From assembly GCA_963706325.1 (NCBI GenBank), contig CAVPLT010000001.1, forward strand, positions 512,001 through 576,000: 64,000 nucleotides of DNA, given 5' to 3'. The notes under the pieces were generated by a model, which was not told where the DNA came from, ran no database searches, and worked only from the letters and a program-made list of their open reading frames with translations. Positions within the stretch are counted from its first letter, which is position 1. Each line of letters begins with the position of its first letter. Made by a program: the position numbers and the translations under genes. This DNA comes from an uncultured Nitrospiraceae bacterium (GTDB taxonomy: Bacteria; Nitrospirota; Nitrospiria; Nitrospirales; Nitrospiraceae). Of the stretch, positions 30,913 through 41,168 are shown piece after piece.

Positions 30913-31798
30913 TCCGCACAAACGTTTGGACACGAATCGCCCGGGAGATTTCTATGTCGACACCACCTGCATCAATTGCGACGCCTGCCGTCAATTGGCT
31001 CCGGCGAGTTTTGAAGAGGTCGGAGAGTATTCGGCGGTGGTTCACCAACCGGTCGGCAATACGGAGAGGCGTCAGGCCTATCGCGCGTTACTCGCCTGCC
31101 CCACCGGCTCCATTGGGACCGAACAGAATGACGCGGCATTACTCAGCGAAGCCAAGGCGGATTTTCCTCTCCCGGTGGAAGACGAGGTGTACTACTGCGG
31201 GTTTAACTCGGAAAAGTCATTCGGCGCCAACAGCTTTTTCATCCGGCATCCGGGCGGTAATTGGTTGATAGACTCGCCGCGTTATCTCAAGCATCTGGTC
31301 GATTCGTTTGCAGGAATGGGCGGAGTTGCGCAGATCTTTCTCACGCATGAGGACGACGTCGCGGATGCGGCCCGCTATGCGAAACGATTCGGCGCGAGGC
31401 GGATCATTCATCGCCGTGATGTCCATGCCATGCCGGATGCGGAAGAGGTCATGGAAGGAACTTCGGCCTGTCATTTCTCTCCTGAGTTCACGATCATTCC
31501 GGTTCCGGGCCATACGGCGGGTAGTATGTGTCTTCTCTACCGGGACCGGTATTTGTTCACCGGGGATCATCTCTGGTGGGATCCCGAACATCTCCAGCTG
31601 GATTCACCGCGGCAATTGGTGTGGGATGCCGAGGCTCTGGGTCAGTCCATTGCGGCTCTCATGGGGTACCCATTTGAATGGGTGTTGCCGGGTCATGGTA
31701 GCCGCGTGCATCTCCCTCGCAGTCACATGCAGGCTGCTTTGCGCCACTTGGTTCACCGGCGACAACAAGGCGGAGTCCATGAGCATCCTGCTGGCTAG
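30905..31798 (+). CDS. Ferredoxin-fused MBL-fold metallo-hydrolase
   Basis: CINCDAC...CP cluster motif; THEDD, PGHT, FTGDH, LPGHG. Confidence 0.85.
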   Translation: MADPHKRLDTNRPGDFYVDTTCINCDACRQLAPASFEEVGEYSAVVHQPVGNTERRQAYRALLACPTGSIGTEQNDAALLSEAKADFPLPVEDEVYYCGFNSEKSFGANSFFIRHPGGNWLIDSPRYLKHLVDSFAGMGGVAQIFLTHEDDVADAARYAKRFGARRIIHRRDVHAMPDAEEVMEGTSACHFSPEFTIIPVPGHTAGSMCLLYRDRYLFTGDHLWWDPEHLQLDSPRQLVWDAEALGQSIAALMGYPFEWVLPGHGSRVHLPRSHMQAALRHLVHRRQQGGVHEHPAG

Positions 31799-32138
31799 CG
31801 CTTGTACCGGTCCTCGTGATCGCTCTCTGTATGGCCGGCGCTGAATCGCCTTCTGCCGACCGAGATCAGGCATTGTCTGTGGCGGCAGTGCGCACCGATG
31901 TCGCCCTCGCCCTGCGAGTGCTGGTTGGAAGGGACGGCGAGGGCTCGCAGCAGATCACCGCCCCAACTGAATTTCCCATATAGGATTACGGCATACCGGA
32001 GAGAAGGCTGAGGTCGGCAGGCCCAGCCTTTTCATGGTTTCATCGGATCCCCATTCTCCCCCAACATCGTGTAAAGTGACGGACGGTTCGCGCTGACGGG
32101 CTGTACAGCCTGAGCCATAACTTGGAGTGACTGTCCAC

Positions 32139-33761
32139 ATGACGACCGTCTATGACTGGATCGACCGCAACATCTTGGAACTCGCCCGCGAGTTCCGGCT
32201 GTCGTACTTGCCGCCGCTTATGGTCTATATGGCTGCCGGCATTTCAGGCCTTACCGGCATCGTGGGGACATTTTTTGTCAAAGAGTATCTGGGCCTGTCT
32301 GCGGCATTTCTCGCGGCGCTTGGATTCTGGGCCGGTATCCCCTGGGCGCTCAAAATGCCTTTCGGTCATCTCGTCGATCTGCTCTGGCGCTGGAAAAGCC
32401 TGCTGGTGTATTTCGGCGCGGGTGTGATCGCCGTCAGTCTCCTGATCATGGTCGGTCTTATCGGCCATCGCGAGGCGATGGTAGCCTTGATGCCGGCGGA
32501 GGTCTGGTATGTCTTGAGTGTCCTGCTGGCGCCGATCGGCTACGTCATTCAGGACACGGTGGCCGATGCCATGACCGTGGAGGCGGTACCTCGAATCGAT
32601 GAGCAGGGTCAGCCCATAGGTGAAGCCAGGCTGAAGCTCATGCATACCACCATGCAGACGTTGGGGCGGGTAGCCATTATCGGCGGCGGCATTCTGGTCG
32701 CGCTCATCAACCTGTATCTGTTTACCGGCGTGGAGGATTTACCGAAAGAAACGATCGCCGGAATTTATCAACAGGTTTATTTGATGGCGCTGGTCATTCC
32801 GGCCGTGTCGGTTCTAGGCGTGATTGCTGCGTCGATCCTGCGAGTGCGCGAGAAGCGTCGACTTCTCGAACAGGGCATGACGGCTTCAGAGGTTGCCGCG
32901 TTAACGGACAGACCGAATGAAACCACTAGGCCCAATTGGTGGATTCTGGGCGGCAGTCTGGCATTCGTGCTCTTCACGCTGACAGTCGGATTTGGAGACT
33001 TTCCGTACAATGAAGAAATCGTCTTTGCCGGGTCGATGGGGATCGTCTGCTTTCTCATGCTGCGACTGACCCGCGAGCTGGCGCCTGAGGCGAAGCACAT
33101 TCTTCTGGGCACGGCGCTGGTCATTTTTGCCTTCCGCGCCATACCCGGCCCCGGTGATGGCGCCACCTGGTGGATGATCGACAAACTGAAATTCGATCAA
33201 CAGTTTCTCTCGGTGCTGTCGCTCATCGGCAGCGCGCTGACCCTCGTCGGCATGTTTGTATTTCGCCGGTTTATGGCTGAACGATCCATCGCCTACGTGG
33301 TGGGATTTTTAACGGCAGCGGCGTTCCTGCTGGGGCTCCCTATCGTCAGTATGTATTACGGTCTGCACCAGTGGACCGCGGCGCTGACCGGCGGCGTCAT
33401 CGATGCGCGCTTTATCGCTTTGGTGAATACGGCATTGGAATCCCCGCTCGGCCAAATCTCCATGATTCCCATGCTGGCCTGGATCGCTAATTCTGCACCG
33501 GCGAATCTGAAAGCCACCTATTTCGCGGTGATGGCCTCCTTCACCAATCTTGCTCTGTCCTTGGGCCAGCTCGGCACCAAGTACCTGAATCAAGCATTCG
33601 TTGTGACACGCGAAGTGCGCGATCCAGTCACCCATGCGCTTCAAACGCCGGAAGACTATACCCAGCTGGGGGCGTTACTCGTCGTTCAGATGATGCTCGG
33701 TCTCGCGCTTCCCTTTGCCGCGATCTTCTTTACCCGGTTGACGCGCTTTCGCAGCGCATGA
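32139..33761 (+). CDS. BT1/folate-biopterin-like MFS transporter
   Basis: About 12 TM segments; PWALK, QDTVADAMTVE, ATYFAVMASFTN. Confidence 0.7.
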   Translation: MTTVYDWIDRNILELAREFRLSYLPPLMVYMAAGISGLTGIVGTFFVKEYLGLSAAFLAALGFWAGIPWALKMPFGHLVDLLWRWKSLLVYFGAGVIAVSLLIMVGLIGHREAMVALMPAEVWYVLSVLLAPIGYVIQDTVADAMTVEAVPRIDEQGQPIGEARLKLMHTTMQTLGRVAIIGGGILVALINLYLFTGVEDLPKETIAGIYQQVYLMALVIPAVSVLGVIAASILRVREKRRLLEQGMTASEVAALTDRPNETTRPNWWILGGSLAFVLFTLTVGFGDFPYNEEIVFAGSMGIVCFLMLRLTRELAPEAKHILLGTALVIFAFRAIPGPGDGATWWMIDKLKFDQQFLSVLSLIGSALTLVGMFVFRRFMAERSIAYVVGFLTAAAFLLGLPIVSMYYGLHQWTAALTGGVIDARFIALVNTALESPLGQISMIPMLAWIANSAPANLKATYFAVMASFTNLALSLGQLGTKYLNQAFVVTREVRDPVTHALQTPEDYTQLGALLVVQMMLGLALPFAAIFFTRLTRFRSA

Positions 33762-34732
33762 GTCATGGGAGAAATCCTTCAATGAATGCCCTGCAATTCC
33801 TCGCGGATCACGGTGCCTTGGTGCTCTTCTGCGTGGTGTTCGTCGAGCAGAGTGGTTTCCCTATTCCATCAATTCCCGTTCTTATCGCGGCCGGTGCGCT
33901 CGTCGGAGCCGGCAAGATGACGGTCGCCACGGCGCTGCTCGTACCGGTTGCGGCCGCGCTTCCTCCAAATATCGCCTGGTACTACCTTGGCCGCTTCAAA
34001 GGTGGGAAGGTATTGGGATTTCTCTGTCGCCTGTCCCTGGAGCCTGATTCCTGCATCAGGGACACGCAGAATCTCTTTCATCGGAACGGACCTCGGGCAT
34101 TGCTCATCGCGAAGTTTATCCCAGGTCTGAGTACGGTGGCCCCGCCGCTGGCCGGTATTGTCGGTATGACCGCCGCGACGTTCATTGTGTACGATATCGG
34201 CGGAGCCTTGATCTGGGCCGGGGTGAGCGCCGGAATCGGTGCATTGTTCAGCGATCAACTGGAACAGCTCGCCCGTCTGGCCGGTCAAGCCGGGGGGCTG
34301 CTGGTCATGATTCTTGCCGGCGTAGCGGCGGGAGTGATCGGGTACAAGGTCTATCTTCGACAGAAATTTTTTCGGTACCTGCGCATGGCGAAGATTTCCG
34401 TGGATGAACTCAAGCGGCGCATGGATGCCGGAGATCCTGTCACGGTGGTTGATGTCCGGCACCCGCTCACCCGGCAGCTTGATCCGGTGAGCATTCCCGG
34501 CGCCATTAACTTTACCTTGGAGGATATTGAGCAGCGGCATGAGGAAATTCCTCGGGATCGTGACATTGTGCTCTACTGTTCCTGCCCGAATGAAGTCTCC
34601 AGCGCCAGGACTGCATTCCTGTTGAAGAAGAAAGGCATCCATCGTGTGCGTCCTCTGATAGGCGGCCTCGATGCCTGGCGCGAACGAAAGTTTCCCGTAG
34701 AGCGGAATTCGCACACTACGCCTGGACTGTAA
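33758..34732 (+). CDS. DedA (VTT) membrane protein fused to a rhodanese domain
   Basis: EQSGFPIPS, KFIPG; C-terminal VDVR..IPGA, YCSCPNE, GGLDAW. Confidence 0.88.
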   Translation: MSHGRNPSMNALQFLADHGALVLFCVVFVEQSGFPIPSIPVLIAAGALVGAGKMTVATALLVPVAAALPPNIAWYYLGRFKGGKVLGFLCRLSLEPDSCIRDTQNLFHRNGPRALLIAKFIPGLSTVAPPLAGIVGMTAATFIVYDIGGALIWAGVSAGIGALFSDQLEQLARLAGQAGGLLVMILAGVAAGVIGYKVYLRQKFFRYLRMAKISVDELKRRMDAGDPVTVVDVRHPLTRQLDPVSIPGAINFTLEDIEQRHEEIPRDRDIVLYCSCPNEVSSARTAFLLKKKGIHRVRPLIGGLDAWRERKFPVERNSHTTPGL

Positions 34733-34819
34733 GTGGCACATAGGTGTGAACACATTGCGGGCGCGGAGATCGGGAGTCTGGTCCGGTTGGAGACTCATCG
34801 ACCGAAGAAGGAGTGAGTT

Positions 34820-35437
34820 GTGAAAATTCTGTGGGTGTTGCTGATCTCTGGAATCTGTCTGTGGTCAGTGACGGTAGGCGCAGACGCGAGTCAGGGCACA
34901 GAGACACCGGTGAAGGTGACCAATGGCTGGCTCGTGAAAAGTTCCCCGCGCCAGAAGGTGGCCTTCTCAAAGTATAAGGTGGTGGGCGTATTTCAACGAG
35001 AGAACCAATTTATCGGCGGTTCCGCGATGGCCAACGTCACGAAGCAGGTGGAATTCGAGTTTAGTTGGCCGCTCCATGAAACATCGGCGCCGCCTCGCGT
35101 GCTGACCAATATTCCAACCAAGGCGGAGAATCCACGTGACGGCTCCGGTGTGTGTTCTGCTCCGATCCTCAAGGGGACGTATGAGCATTTCGATTTGAAA
35201 ACCATTACGGTGATTGGCACGATGTTCGGTTTGGTAGGTGAGCGACGAACGCCGGATATGGACGAATATGTCGGCGGTGGCGGGTGTAAAGGCACGCACC
35301 CGGTTCAGGGCCAGGTTCGTGAAGAGCAGCTGCTGGTGAGCCTGCCTGCGGAATTTTTTGCGGGTGATATCCCCAAAGACCGAGCGATAAAGCAGCAGGA
35401 ACAGGAATGGACCTGGACGTTTACGCCGGTCCCGTGA
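34820..35437 (+). CDS. Hypothetical exported protein
   Basis: SD AAGGAG; signal peptide; two Cys in the mature part. Confidence 0.7.
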   Translation: MKILWVLLISGICLWSVTVGADASQGTETPVKVTNGWLVKSSPRQKVAFSKYKVVGVFQRENQFIGGSAMANVTKQVEFEFSWPLHETSAPPRVLTNIPTKAENPRDGSGVCSAPILKGTYEHFDLKTITVIGTMFGLVGERRTPDMDEYVGGGGCKGTHPVQGQVREEQLLVSLPAEFFAGDIPKDRAIKQQEQEWTWTFTPVP

Positions 35438-35537
35438 GAGGCAGAATTAGGCGCGGGTTCCTCGCCAAGCATTTCTCGCCTGGTATCCCCTTGACCCGTG
35501 CTGTATGATGAGCATCTATGAATGAAGTGCTATCCTC

Positions 35538-35658
35538 CAGAATGTTCAGAAAGGCCTCTCAGCGAGGCCGCAGTGAGCCAGGTGCCGAGGCGTACTTCTC
35601 AGTACGTTGAGGTGTTGAGCGATGCGAGAACAAAGCTGGAGGCCTTATCAACATTCCG
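35538..35658 (+). mobile_element. MITE-like structured repeat, copy C
   Basis: CAGAATGTTCAGAAAGGCC...GGCCGCAG...GAGGCGTAC...GTACGTTGAG...CGAGAACAAAGCTGG AGGCCTTATCAACATTCCG. Confidence 0.75.
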
Positions 35659-35665
35659 ATTAAAA

Positions 35666-36019
35666 GGGGGCGACCGGTTTCGACGGGGATACTGATGCCA
35701 TCGTCGCATGTCGAGCTCTCGGGGTCTCGTAAATCCTCCGGGAAAATGCAACTGCCAATCAAGAACTGGCACTCGCAGCTTAATTATTTAAGCTGAGACG
35801 TCGTTCCATCTGAGGCCCGCGGGGGTGGAATGGCGCGATGCAGCGGGCTGGTTTCCCGTCGGTGCTCAGCGGCGGGGGACGAGACAATACTGGGCTAGCG
35901 GCGATTCTAAGCCTGCCGATAGGCGTGGGTCGTTGCGAAGCTTAAAGAATCGGCTACACATGTAGAAGCGATGAGCCGACGATCTTCGGACAGGGGTTCA
36001 ACTCCCCTCGCCTCCACCA
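35666..36019 (+). ncRNA. ssrA: tmRNA; tag (A)ANQELALAA encoded at 35754-35783
   Basis: 5' GGGGGCGACCGGTTTCGAC; T-arm GGGGTTCAACTCCCC; acceptor CGCCTCC-ACCA with G3-U70; tag ORF ending LAA-stop. Confidence 0.96.
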
Positions 36020-36034
36020 ATTGCACTTCGTGCG

Positions 36035-36061
36035 ACCCCGCGCCTCTCAGAGGCGCGGGGT
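36035..36061 (+). terminator. GC-rich hairpin after tmRNA
   Basis: ACCCCGCGCCTC-TCA-GAGGCGCGGGGT, 12-bp stem; weak U tract. Confidence 0.6.
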
Positions 36062-36436
36062 GGTTCTCTCCCTGCACTACTGCTCTTATCATCAGCCGAT
36101 TGCATCCTTCTAGCGGGCTTCCTGTTGTCGGTGTAATGCGGCTTTGCTGGGTCTCTCCTCATTTTCCAGTCTGCCTTTCGCTGCGGAGCCGAAGTACTCC
36201 GATTCATCGATCCATTGGAGTGCGTGATTCGGGCTCTGTAATAAGGCTTCATCGAGTGATTCAACTCAAGAGACGCGAAAAATGACCACGTTAAAATACT
36301 GAGATCGCATTAGCGGGGAGCTCCGTCATGCTGCTATAGTAAATCTGGCCCAAGAAAAATCTGGCCTTGATTGTTGGCCATCCGGCTGCTGCATCTGGAT
36401 GGCGTATTCGTCACATTGTTGTGAAAGGGGAAATGT

Positions 36437-36847
36437 ATGAGGTATAGGCTGGTTGCGATCGCGGGCATCGTTTTGGCTACGGGTTGCTCTTCGTTGCCGG
36501 AAGTGACACGCACGGCAGTGATTCACGATATAAAGCTGGAAGAGCACCTGTCTCCCGCCGACTTGACGGTTCGTGTCGGTGATGAAGTTCGGTGGGTGAA
36601 CCATCGTACACTCCCCGCCCGCATCGAAATTCCCGGCTTGCAGAAGGACATGCTGTCCTGCGAGCGTAACTTCTCTAACATGTTCGGAAGCCCGTTGGAG
36701 GTGGCGGAATTGCCTCCTAGCAAGAGCGCGAGCCTGTGCTTCAAGAGGGAAATCACCATCAGTTATAACGCTCGCATGGGGTCGGCCCTACCGGGAGGAA
36801 TGCAGATTGAGCCTGGGACCATCCGAGTCGTCAGGCCAGCCCAGTAG
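36437..36847 (+). CDS. Cupredoxin-fold lipoprotein lacking canonical type-1 Cu ligands
   Basis: Lipobox LATGC; P.DLTVRVGDEVRWVN, GTIRV; no C-x2-H-x4-M. Confidence 0.65.
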   Translation: MRYRLVAIAGIVLATGCSSLPEVTRTAVIHDIKLEEHLSPADLTVRVGDEVRWVNHRTLPARIEIPGLQKDMLSCERNFSNMFGSPLEVAELPPSKSASLCFKREITISYNARMGSALPGGMQIEPGTIRVVRPAQ

Positions 36848-37092
36848 GGGCTGAGCGCTGCGGCATGCTTCCTCTAGAGTTGTGGCTTTCCCATCCACCC
36901 CGGTGCCCTCTAACGGCTCCGGGGACTCTAAGGAATCTTCGAGCGTTTCCCTCAATCCGTACGCCGACATCCTAGCCTCCCCTTGGCTTGCCACTGGGGA
37001 GCCTTGTACCGTGGTCATCGGATCTCGCAAGCGATGATGAGCGCTACCCTACAGCCGACAGCATTGTGTGGTTCAAAAAAGAGACGAGATGG

Positions 37093-38877
37093 TTAGAGCA
37101 CCGAGTTCCAAGGTGGACTGACGGCGAAGGCGGCGTTGATAAGCCCGACGTGGGAATAGGCTTGGGGAAAGTTTCCCAGCTGAGTGCGGGTTTCGGGCAC
37201 GAAATGTTCCGAGAGAAGTCCCAGATGATTGGCGCCTGTGAGCACTTGCGTCATGATTTGTTGAGCTTCCGCAAGTCGTCCGAGCCGCGCGAGTCCCTGC
37301 ACGACCCAAAACGAGCAGATGACGAAGCTGGATTGCGGCCGGCCGAAATCGTCCGTCCGCAGGTAGCGGAAATAGAACCCGGTGTCCTTCCCGCCGGCCT
37401 GTACGGAAAGCCCGCGTTCGATGCTTTGCATCGTGGCCTCACAGACTTCGCGATTGGGAAAGCCCAGGATCGCGGCCTGGGCCAGGGAGGCATCGTAGGT
37501 GTCGTCCTGGGGGCCGTTGCGGAGGGCGCCGTCCTTCGTCGCGTTCAGGAGCGCCTGCGCCGCGCGCGTGCGACCGGCGCCGACATCAAACGTCAACGAA
37601 GGTAAAAATCCCGCCTGTTGCATTCGGTGGGCCCGATCGAGCCCGGCCCAGCACATCAAATTGGAGAAGGAGTGTTCCCGCCATCCGTTACGAATCTCCC
37701 AGAGCCCGGCGTCCGGCTGTGCGATAGTTCGTTCGCAGAGACGGGCCAGATTGGCGACGAGCTGCTCCTGGTCTTTGGTCCGCAGATCGTAGAAGCGGTT
37801 GTCGCTGAAGATCGGCGTCAGCGCCAGAACCAGTTCACCATACACGTCATTTTGGATATGTTCGGAGGCTTGATTATGACTGCGCACCGGCGTGCTCCCG
37901 CAAAACCCGGCCCAATTCCGGTGTTCGGTTTCCGGCAGCGGCAGATCTTGGCTCAACGTATAAACGGGTGCCAGACGTTCGCAGGAATGTTCGTGGGTAT
38001 AGGCGATGTTGAGCAAAAATTTGAGGAAGCCTTCCATTTCCTCAAAGTGTCCGAGATTGTGGAAAGCCGTAAGTGAAAAATAGGCATCGCGCAGCCAGCA
38101 ATAGCGATAGTCCCAGTTGCGCGCTCCGCCCGGCTCTTCCGGTAGGCTGGTGGTCAATGCCGCTAGGATCGCTCCGGTGTCTTCATAACAATGGAGTTTC
38201 AGCGCCAGGGCGGAACGAATGACTTCTTCCTGATGCAGCACAGGAATCGAGCAGTGTTTCACCCACATGCGCCAATAGCGCGTCGTTTGATCGAGAAATT
38301 CATGGCTCACCTTAGCGAGATCATCTTCGATTCCCAAGCCCCAGGTCAGCGCGAAGTAGGTTCTCTCAGTCAGCGCGAAGGGCCGTTCCTCGTGGAGGTA
38401 GGTCAAGGGCATGTTGGTGAGCAGGCGAAGGCATTCTCCGCGGATGTCGTATCGTACGTGACTGTTGCCCCGCATCCCGGGAGCCGATACTTTGTCCCAG
38501 CCCGTCACTGGTCGGCAGCTCACGCGAATGGACGGCGTGCCGGCCAGTGGCTCAACGATCCGGAACAACGCCGCCGGTCGATAGAGGCGACCATATTGTT
38601 CGAAGCGCGGGCAGAAGTCCGTGATCTTGAAACTGTCGCCCTTCGACGTGGACACCTCGGTCACGAGGATATTTGTATTAGGGAGGTAGCGTTGCGTTGT
38701 CTTGACTTGCGCGGCGCTGGTAGGGCTTGATATGGAAAAGTGGCCACCGTCCGGGTCGAGAAGGCGGCCGAAAACGGGATCGCTATCAGGTCTAGGCAGG
38801 CAGAGCCAGTCGACCGATCCGCTTTCGTGAACATGCGCGGAGACGTGACAGTTGCCGATGAGGCCGTAGGGATACAT
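37093..38877 (-). CDS. Glycoside hydrolase family 15 (trehalase/glucoamylase-like)
   Basis: YGLIGNC, AALTTSLPE, NWDYRYCWLRD, GLWE, LGNFPQAYSH. Confidence 0.92.
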   Translation of the reverse strand: MYPYGLIGNCHVSAHVHESGSVDWLCLPRPDSDPVFGRLLDPDGGHFSISSPTSAAQVKTTQRYLPNTNILVTEVSTSKGDSFKITDFCPRFEQYGRLYRPAALFRIVEPLAGTPSIRVSCRPVTGWDKVSAPGMRGNSHVRYDIRGECLRLLTNMPLTYLHEERPFALTERTYFALTWGLGIEDDLAKVSHEFLDQTTRYWRMWVKHCSIPVLHQEEVIRSALALKLHCYEDTGAILAALTTSLPEEPGGARNWDYRYCWLRDAYFSLTAFHNLGHFEEMEGFLKFLLNIAYTHEHSCERLAPVYTLSQDLPLPETEHRNWAGFCGSTPVRSHNQASEHIQNDVYGELVLALTPIFSDNRFYDLRTKDQEQLVANLARLCERTIAQPDAGLWEIRNGWREHSFSNLMCWAGLDRAHRMQQAGFLPSLTFDVGAGRTRAAQALLNATKDGALRNGPQDDTYDASLAQAAILGFPNREVCEATMQSIERGLSVQAGGKDTGFYFRYLRTDDFGRPQSSFVICSFWVVQGLARLGRLAEAQQIMTQVLTGANHLGLLSEHFVPETRTQLGNFPQAYSHVGLINAAFAVSPPWNSVL

Positions 38878-38928
38878 ATTCCCAGACCATAAGAGATTTC
38901 CCGCATAAAGTAAACTGCAGGAGAAACC

Positions 38929-41160
38929 ATGCGCCTGTCCCTCCGCTTCATTCTTCCTCTGGTGCTGGTGTTGGGTGTGGTGGCCTACAGTGTGGTGCCG
39001 CTGGTCGATGCGCTCACGCTCAAGTGGTTCACGCGCGACCTCGAAAGCCGGTCAAAATTATTGGCGAGCACCATGGAAGTGCCGCTGTCCGACCTCGTGG
39101 CGACCAAGTCGCGCGCAAAGATTTTCGCGTATTTTCACAAAGTGATTCAGGATGAGCGGCTGTATGCGCTGGGTTTTTGCGATACCCAGCAGCGCCTCCT
39201 CTACCAGACCCTGACCTATCCCGACCAGTTATCCTGCGAAAGTTTGGCTCACCTGATTCCCGGATCGTCCGAGGTCGTGGACTTTGCGCAAGGGCCGCTG
39301 CATGTCGTGGTGGCGACCATTCAGTCGGGCGGGAAGATCCAAGGTCGCCTCATGTTGGTTCACGACATGAGTTTTGTCCATCAACGCAGCACCGACACCA
39401 AGTGGTACATTTTTTACCTCTTCGTCGGGCTGGCCGCGCTGATTTCAGCGGTGACGGTCCTCATTGCCCAGCTCAGCTGGCGTGGGTGGGTGGCCGGCGT
39501 GCGGACCATGTTGACGAATACAGGTTTCCCGGCTGAACGCGGGCAAGCCCATGCCCCGGAGCTGCATCCCCTCGCGCAGGATCTTCATGCGTTGGTGCGG
39601 GAATTGGAAGCCGATCGCAGGATGCGGGATGAAAGCCAAATTACCTGGAGTCCCGCCAGCCTCAAGACCATTTTGCACGAGCATCTCTCTGGGGATGAAA
39701 TTATGATCGTCTCCAATCGGCAACCTTACATTCACAACCGCCGGGGCCAGAAAATCGAAGTGCAGTTACCGGCCAGCGGACTCGTGTCCGCACTCGAACC
39801 GGTGATGCGTGCCTGTTCGGGCGTGTGGATCGCCCACGGCAACGGCTCGGCCGACCGAGAGGTCGTGGATAACCGTGACCATGTACGCGTGCCGCCGGAC
39901 CACCCTTCCTATGATATCCGCCGCATCTGGATGTCGCCGGATGAGGAGTCGGGCTTCTACTATGGCTTTTCCAATGAAGGTCTGTGGCCCCTCTGTCACA
40001 ACGCCCACGTTCGCCCGACCTTTCGTACTTCCGACTGGGAGCAGTACGTCGCGGTGAACAAACGGTTTGCTCAGGCGGTGGTCGAAGAAGCCAAAACGGA
40101 TGATCCAGTCGTCCTCGTCCAAGACTATCACTTCGCGCTCTTACCTAAGATGGTGCGTGAGAAGCTGCCGAACGCCACCATCATCATGTTTTGGCATATT
40201 CCATGGCCCAATGCGGAAAGTTACGGGATCTGTCCATGGCGGCAGGAAATTCTGGAAGGATTGCTCGGCAGCAGCATCGTGGGGTTCCACACCCGCGAGC
40301 ATGGCAACCATTTTCTGTACTGCATCGATCGTATCCTTGAGGCGCGCATCAACCGTGATGCCTCCACTGTCTCCTATGGTGGCCGGCTCACGGCGGTCAA
40401 TCCCTATCCCATCTCCATAGAATGGCCGTCGCGTTGGCTGGAACATCAACGACCGGTACCCGAATGTCGGACGCATATCCGCGAGCGCCATGCGATGGGG
40501 CCGGATCGGTTAGTAGGGATCGGAGTAGATCGGCTGGATTACACGAAGGGCATCATCGAGCGGTTTCTCGCGGTGGAACGATTGTTCGAATTGCAGCCTG
40601 AATGGGTGGGAAGATTTTCTTTCATTCAGATCGCCGCGCCGAGCCGGACGATCCTCGATCAGTACCAGCATTTTCACGATCAGGTCTATGCGCTGGCCGA
40701 GCGCATCAACAAGCGGTTTGGCCGTGAAGGCTACGAACCGATTGTCCTCAAAGTGAAGCACCATGAGCCGCCGGATGTTTTTGAGTATTATCGGGCGTCC
40801 GATGTCTGCTTCGTCACGAGTCTCCACGACGGCATGAACTTGGTGGCCAAGGAATTCATCGCGGCGCGCGATGACGAGCAAGGGGTCTTGATTCTCAGTC
40901 AGTTCACCGGGGCCGCGCAGGAATTGCCCGAGGCCCTGGTGGTCAATCCGTACGACATGGACCAGTGCGCGGCGGCGCTCCATATGGCGCTTTCAATGCC
41001 GCCGAAAGAACAACGAGCCCGCATGCGGAGCATGCGCGGACTGATTCAGGAGTTCAACGTCTATCGCTGGGCGGGACGCATGCTCATGGATGCGGCACGG
41101 ATGCGCCGTCGCGTTCGCGTCATGAAACAGGTTGGGCAGGCTTCGGGACAGGTCCGGTAA
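38929..41160 (+). CDS. otsA: Trehalose-6-phosphate synthase with an N-terminal two-TM sensor-like module
   Basis: GT20 motifs ([36 protein letters not shown]) after about 250 aa with two TM helices and a HAMP-like linker. Confidence 0.92.
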   Translation: MRLSLRFILPLVLVLGVVAYSVVPLVDALTLKWFTRDLESRSKLLASTMEVPLSDLVATKSRAKIFAYFHKVIQDERLYALGFCDTQQRLLYQTLTYPDQLSCESLAHLIPGSSEVVDFAQGPLHVVVATIQSGGKIQGRLMLVHDMSFVHQRSTDTKWYIFYLFVGLAALISAVTVLIAQLSWRGWVAGVRTMLTNTGFPAERGQAHAPELHPLAQDLHALVRELEADRRMRDESQITWSPASLKTILHEHLSGDEIMIVSNRQPYIHNRRGQKIEVQLPASGLVSALEPVMRACSGVWIAHGNGSADREVVDNRDHVRVPPDHPSYDIRRIWMSPDEESGFYYGFSNEGLWPLCHNAHVRPTFRTSDWEQYVAVNKRFAQAVVEEAKTDDPVVLVQDYHFALLPKMVREKLPNATIIMFWHIPWPNAESYGICPWRQEILEGLLGSSIVGFHTREHGNHFLYCIDRILEARINRDASTVSYGGRLTAVNPYPISIEWPSRWLEHQRPVPECRTHIRERHAMGPDRLVGIGVDRLDYTKGIIERFLAVERLFELQPEWVGRFSFIQIAAPSRTILDQYQHFHDQVYALAERINKRFGREGYEPIVLKVKHHEPPDVFEYYRASDVCFVTSLHDGMNLVAKEFIAARDDEQGVLILSQFTGAAQELPEALVVNPYDMDQCAAALHMALSMPPKEQRARMRSMRGLIQEFNVYRWAGRMLMDAARMRRRVRVMKQVGQASGQVR

Positions 41161-41168
41161 TCGTCTTC

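Noticed and set aside
31779..31983. Possible small exported protein (WLALVPVLVIALCMAGA...) out of frame with an SD-led ATG at 31779
   Set aside because: Needs an assumed indel; no family evidence
36341..36366. Direct repeat AAATCTGGCC twice upstream of the cupredoxin-like lipoprotein
   Set aside because: Only two short copies with 16-bp spacing; could be chance
36020..36436. Genomic island integrated at the tmRNA 3' end
   Set aside because: No integrase and no duplicate of the ssrA 3' end seen in the window
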